Shown: positions 7,435 through 12,003 of the stretch, piece by piece
Layout: each line of letters begins with the position of its first letter
How positions within the stretch are numbered: position 1 is the first letter of the stretch
Assembly: GCA_016840035.1 (NCBI GenBank)
Contig: JAEOTC010000180.1
Coordinates: forward strand, 1-12,003
Length of the DNA: 12,003 bases
Direction of reading: 5' to 3'
DNA from: Candidatus Hodarchaeota archaeon
Lineage (GTDB): Archaea > Asgardarchaeota > Heimdallarchaeia > Hodarchaeales > Hodarchaeaceae
Position numbers and translations under genes: made by a program
The notes under the pieces: model-generated
Database searches by the model: none
What the model was told of the DNA's origin: nothing
The model's input: the letters and a program-made list of their open reading frames with translations, nothing else

Positions 7435-10400
7435 ATGAAGGTTATTTTACGAACAAAAAAGAATTTAGGAAAACATCTTGGTAATATTATATTAGTTCTT
7501 TTAGTTAGCACATCATTTCTTGTTGGAATTGGACTAGAAAATATAAATCGAACTAAAATAAGAGTTGAAGAACAAAGTGAAACTGTAATATCGAGATTGA
7601 TGGATAGTTCCCCAAATACAATCGGAAGTAACAGTGATACTTCTATAAATGAGGTTGTATATAATAAATCATCTACCTGTAATTTTAGTCCAAGTAATAC
7701 TGATCAAGAGAATCTTCCTTCTACCCCTAGCAGCTACTTGCCGAAAATCACCAATTCTGACACAATTAATATAGCAATAATTGCACCAGATAATTACACA
7801 GCCAATATCTTCCATGATCATTATGCAAGAATTAATGGTACAATAATTCAAACAGTAGTCCGAGGAAATACTTCGACCATTGAATATACGCTAGAATGGC
7901 TTGAGACATTTAATGTGATATTCCTACTACATGGAGTTGATATGGGATGGACAAGGAGGGAATTACTAAATCTCGAAGATTATTTTACAAGAGGAGGGAC
8001 GGTGATCGATATTGGGGGATGGTATGGGAATTTTACTTACAATAAGTTCCTTACTAGAATCGGTATTGAATATTACCAAGAAATGCCTCTTTCTGACTTC
8101 TATACATCAAATTTCAACTCTATTGAATACGCCGAGCTGTTTACGGGAGTAAGCTCTATGTATTTTTCATATCCTGTCCCCTTTAAATTATCAGAACAAT
8201 TCACACCACTTATTCGGGATCAAACGAATAATTATATTGTAGCGGGAGTAGTAGAGAGGATTGGCCATTATGTGATAATAGGATCTAGTTTTGAGTATTA
8301 TATCGCCAATGCAGATAACAGTAACTTTCTAGATAATTTAATCTCCTTTAATACTCATACTAATGAAGGATTATTCCTTCCTTCCTCCACGGTTCTTGTA
8401 AATACCCAAAATCCTAATGTTTCGTGGGTTTATAATCTGAATGGTACAATCGTTGAAAACGTGGATCTATGGGTTGACAGCGTTTATCAAGGAAATTCAA
8501 GTACTTCATGGTTCAATTTTACCACTCTTAGTGAAGGATCATATAACTTAACAGTTATGTTAACAGATAATTCGTCTCGTAAATTTATTACGTCCACAAG
8601 TCTAGTCATAGATGTGACTAAACCGGCAATTATTGATATATGGCCAACGAATGGGACTGAAATTCAAACTTATTCCGAAATCATACGCTGGGTGTACACT
8701 GATCCTGCGGATATTTTCACTTTGCAATTATACAGACAATTACCTGAAACAACCTATTATAATAGAGTTTATGTTGATGATTATTTCCATAATTACTCAT
8801 ATCAAGTGTTTAAAGATCGTGGGAAATATAACTATATCTTACGATCAGTAGATTGGTGTGGAAACGTTCTTAATGTATCACTATCCTTTAATGTTTATTT
8901 TTTTGCTGTAGGATTTATTGCTTCTCATGGTGAGAATACTTTATATCGCGTCCGAAATTTGTACCAATCGTCAAGCTATTACACTGAAACACTATATTCT
9001 GGAACTCCAATTTCCCCTGAATGGTTACCACGCTTTGATGTCATATATATAGGATACGGAGGGTCTGCATGGAGTCCTCAAGAGTTACTCTGGGTCAATA
9101 ACTATATAGAAATGGGAGGATGGGTTGTTTATGTCCACAGAGCATACTATACGGATGTATTGCTCCCCTGGTTAGAAACAGATTATGGAATAATAAGAAG
9201 TAATTCAGGTCCAGGTAACCATTACACTTCTAATTTCATCCTCTCGACCCCTCTAACAGAGAATGTTTCACAGTTATATTTTGATACGGCAGATAACTCA
9301 TGGCAAATACAGGGAGATCTCGCTACTCCGTTTATTTGGAGTCAAGATGGATCTTATACACTCGGTGCAATAGTAGAAAGTATGGGAAGATTGATTGCAC
9401 TCTCAGGGGATATTTCTTATGATATTTATGCCGCAGATAACCAACAATTTTTTTTAAACATTATCAGTGAAGCTGCATCATCCCCAAATGAAGGCGTTGC
9501 CTTAGATTATAAGTCATTAATGTCAAATATTACATCACCAACTGTAGAATGGATATGGAACTTAATTAATGCCACTGTAGATCATTTCGAAGTATTACTA
9601 GATTCTACATATGTAGGTTCTACTAGTAATGCAAATTACACCCTATCAAGTGTATCAGAGGGTGTTCACAATATAACTGTTGTCTTATACACCAACACAT
9701 CTGATGTTTATAGCCATAGTCGAGACTTGGTAGTTGATTTTACCCCACCAGTCCTCACAGAATCGAATATCGAAAATCACACGATTTTAATTCAAACCGG
9801 ATTTGATTTCTATTTTAACGTATCAGATATCTTATCAACCTCAATTGAAGACTCAGTATGGCTCAGTGGAGGTGGGAGTATGACCTGGACTAAGCTTAAT
9901 CCACTTTATGGTCAAGTTAGGGTCTATGAACTCTATCTTAATGAGGATGGGGAATATAGACTAAAAATAATTTTAACAGATCTAGCAGGTAATAATGGAG
10001 TTTTTCATATTGTTTTTACCCTAGATGTTCCGAGAATTGGGTTTATAGAAAATCACAATGAAAATAGCCTCAATAATTTGAAAAACTTCTGTAATAATGA
10101 GGGGCATTACTATGAGGTTTTAAGCTATGGTAATCAAGTAAACAGTTCTTGGTTACAAAGTTTTGATATTGTATTCCTAAGTTATGGAGGATTCCCATGG
10201 AACGCACTAGAATTCCAAGAAATCAATAATTACATCGATTCAGGTGGATGGGTGGTTTATATCCATAGAGGGGATTATTCCGATGTTCTAATTCCATGGC
10301 TGGAGAGTGATTATGGAATAGTTAAAGTCGATTCAGGACCTGGTAGCCAATATACCTCCACTTTTGTTCATTCAATTCCATTAACTGAAGGAGTATCTCA

Positions 10401-12003
10401 ACTCTTATTCGATTATGTTTACGATTCTTGGCAAATACAAGGAGATCTAGCCACACCCTTGATTTGGAGTCAAGATGGATTCTATAAGCTGGGTGCAATT
10501 GTTGAATCTATGGGATGCTTGATCGCGCTTGCTGGTGATATCGATGTCAATTTTTATCAGGTTGATAATGAACAATTCATATCTAATATTATTAATGAGG
10601 CTATATCAACTCCAGATGATGGAATTGCTTTAAAATATTCATCATTAAATTCTAATACTTCTTCACCAACAGTAGAATGGATCTGGAGTTTAGTAAATTC
10701 ATCTATGGATCATTTTGAAATTTATTTAGATTCTGTGTACATAAATTCGACTTTCAATAGCAATTATACCCTATCAAATGTCTCAGAGGGTGTACACAAC
10801 TTAACAGTAGTTCTGTACACCAACACATCTGACATATATAGTCATAGCCGAAACCTAGTAGTTGATTTTACCCCACCAATCCTCACTGGCTCAAGTATCG
10901 AGAATAACTCTGTCCTTCTCTTTTCGGTGTTTGATTTTATTTTAAATGTTTCAGATAATTTATCGACCTACGTATCGAATTCGGTATGGTTATCTGGAGG
11001 GACAAATAGCACCTGGACATTACTTAACCCAATGTATGGTGAGGATAGAAGATATGAACTCAATCTCTATAATAACGGTGATTATAAAATTAAAATTGTC
11101 TTAACAGATGCAGCGGGGAATGAGGGTATTTATTTCCTATATTTCACCTTGGATTTTCCTCAAATTGGTTTTATCGAAAGTCACGGTGAATACAGCCTTT
11201 CTCATTTAAAGAACTTTTATGTCACTAGAGGAGCTAACTATGAAGTACTGAACTATGGCAGTCAAATTACAATCTCTTGGTTGCTCCAGTTCGATCTCGT
11301 GTTTATCGGTGAATATGGTGACAGTACGTGGACTATAGCTGAGTTTGATGTTTTAGATGAATATATGAATGAAGGGGGTTGGATTGTTTGTATTCATAGA
11401 AGCAGTTACAATACTCTTCTTATGGACTGGTTAAACTCAAGATACAGCATTGTACGAGATGAGTATGGACCAGGAGATACCTATACTTCCATTTTTTCAA
11501 ATACTCATCCAATTGTCCAAGATTTGAGTCAATTGTTTATTGATGATGTATATGACACCTGGAACCTAGATAACAGTGAAGCACAGCCATTAATTTATTC
11601 CTCCGATGGACAATACGTTATTAGCGGAATTTTGGAACAAATGGGAGGTCTTATTGTTTACTGTGGGGATCTTGGTAATAGCGGAACCGTTTACAATTAT
11701 GACAATCCGACTTTTTGGGAAAATCTGGTTAATTATGCAAAATCTCATCAAACTAATGGCATAAACATAGCTTACGACTCATTATATACAAATTCTAGCT
11801 CCCCTGTAATTTCTTGGTATGTTAGTCTTGAGAACACCTCAATTGACTACATTGAGGTTTATATAGATGAAGTGAATGTGGGTAGTACCAATGAATCAAG
11901 CTTTCAGTTATTGGGTTTGACAGAAGGAATCTATAATTTTACTGTGATCCTGTATGATAACGAAACCAGTATGTACACTGATAGTGAATCCTTATTTGTA
12001 GAT
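7435..12003 (+). CDS. Giant secreted/cell-surface glycoprotein (3' partial, at least 1523 aa) with tandem [GATase-like GIFT/ThuA-type domain + 2 Ig-like domains] modules
   Basis: Manual frame +1 translation from ATG 7435 shows no stop through 12003; an in-frame TAG at 7417-7419 fixes the start. N-terminus MKVILRTKKNLGKHLGNIILVLLVSTSFLVGIG is a signal/anchor, followed by an S/T/N-rich linker and four modules. Absent from the ORF track because the stop is outside the window. Confidence 0.93.
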   Translation, partial: MKVILRTKKNLGKHLGNIILVLLVSTSFLVGIGLENINRTKIRVEEQSETVISRLMDSSPNTIGSNSDTSINEVVYNKSSTCNFSPSNTDQENLPSTPSSYLPKITNSDTINIAIIAPDNYTANIFHDHYARINGTIIQTVVRGNTSTIEYTLEWLETFNVIFLLHGVDMGWTRRELLNLEDYFTRGGTVIDIGGWYGNFTYNKFLTRIGIEYYQEMPLSDFYTSNFNSIEYAELFTGVSSMYFSYPVPFKLSEQFTPLIRDQTNNYIVAGVVERIGHYVIIGSSFEYYIANADNSNFLDNLISFNTHTNEGLFLPSSTVLVNTQNPNVSWVYNLNGTIVENVDLWVDSVYQGNSSTSWFNFTTLSEGSYNLTVMLTDNSSRKFITSTSLVIDVTKPAIIDIWPTNGTEIQTYSEIIRWVYTDPADIFTLQLYRQLPETTYYNRVYVDDYFHNYSYQVFKDRGKYNYILRSVDWCGNVLNVSLSFNVYFFAVGFIASHGENTLYRVRNLYQSSSYYTETLYSGTPISPEWLPRFDVIYIGYGGSAWSPQELLWVNNYIEMGGWVVYVHRAYYTDVLLPWLETDYGIIRSNSGPGNHYTSNFILSTPLTENVSQLYFDTADNSWQIQGDLATPFIWSQDGSYTLGAIVESMGRLIALSGDISYDIYAADNQQFFLNIISEAASSPNEGVALDYKSLMSNITSPTVEWIWNLINATVDHFEVLLDSTYVGSTSNANYTLSSVSEGVHNITVVLYTNTSDVYSHSRDLVVDFTPPVLTESNIENHTILIQTGFDFYFNVSDILSTSIEDSVWLSGGGSMTWTKLNPLYGQVRVYELYLNEDGEYRLKIILTDLAGNNGVFHIVFTLDVPRIGFIENHNENSLNNLKNFCNNEGHYYEVLSYGNQVNSSWLQSFDIVFLSYGGFPWNALEFQEINNYIDSGGWVVYIHRGDYSDVLIPWLESDYGIVKVDSGPGSQYTSTFVHSIPLTEGVSQLLFDYVYDSWQIQGDLATPLIWSQDGFYKLGAIVESMGCLIALAGDIDVNFYQVDNEQFISNIINEAISTPDDGIALKYSSLNSNTSSPTVEWIWSLVNSSMDHFEIYLDSVYINSTFNSNYTLSNVSEGVHNLTVVLYTNTSDIYSHSRNLVVDFTPPILTGSSIENNSVLLFSVFDFILNVSDNLSTYVSNSVWLSGGTNSTWTLLNPMYGEDRRYELNLYNNGDYKIKIVLTDAAGNEGIYFLYFTLDFPQIGFIESHGEYSLSHLKNFYVTRGANYEVLNYGSQITISWLLQFDLVFIGEYGDSTWTIAEFDVLDEYMNEGGWIVCIHRSSYNTLLMDWLNSRYSIVRDEYGPGDTYTSIFSNTHPIVQDLSQLFIDDVYDTWNLDNSEAQPLIYSSDGQYVISGILEQMGGLIVYCGDLGNSGTVYNYDNPTFWENLVNYAKSHQTNGINIAYDSLYTNSSSPVISWYVSLENTSIDYIEVYIDEVNVGSTNESSFQLLGLTEGIYNFTVILYDNETSMYTDSESLFVD
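7765..12003 (+). repeat. Diverged intragenic tandem repeat, 1128-bp (376-aa) period; units about 7765-8907, 8908-10035, 10036-11163 and 11164 to beyond 12003
   Basis: GFIASHGE (8911), GFIENHNE (10039) and GFIESHGE (11167) are spaced exactly 1128 bp. Exact DNA matches at that offset include GTAGTTGATTTTACCCCACCA (9730/10858) and TACACCAACACATCTGA (9688/10816). Units 2 and 3 align without gaps at about 61% aa identity (228/376, hand count). Unit 1 is more diverged. Confidence 0.93.

Noticed and set aside
7217-8851. Short ORFs 7217-7426, 7669-7851 and 8633-8851, and the apparent 4.5-kb gene desert after 7430
   Set aside because: The region is occupied by the long frame +1 ORF from 7435; the small ORFs are shadows or span the promoter gap.
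8908-11305. 1128-bp repeats as a diversity-generating retroelement TR/VR pair, CRISPR array or misassembly
   Set aside because: Differences are largely synonymous and not evidently adenine-specific, no reverse transcriptase or cas gene is in the window, there is no repeat-spacer structure, and the copies are too diverged to be an assembly duplication.

Overview
AT-rich, gene-dense chromosomal window, very probably archaeal. Asgard/Heimdallarchaeia-like origin is inferred from an IPGx-TM-basic C-terminal anchor, an archaeal HTH-PRTase regulator, oligo-T terminator-like tracts and dense N-glycosylation sequons. In order it encodes: (1) a membrane-anchored secreted metzincin zinc protease with TSP3-like Ca-binding repeats; (2) an HTH + phosphoribosyltransferase-fold (PurR-like) regulator divergent from (3-6) a complete ECF transporter operon (S, A, A', T); (7) a histidine phosphatase; (8) a class II fructose-bisphosphate aldolase. 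The last 4.57 kb are one uninterrupted ORF (7435 to beyond 12003, at least 1523 codons) that the ORF track misses because its stop lies outside the window. It encodes a giant secreted protein of tandem ~376-aa modules, each a class I GATase-like (GIFT/ThuA-like) domain plus two Ig-like domains. No RNA genes, CRISPR arrays or mobile elements were seen. All counts and alignments were done by hand and domain names come from motif recognition, not database searches.
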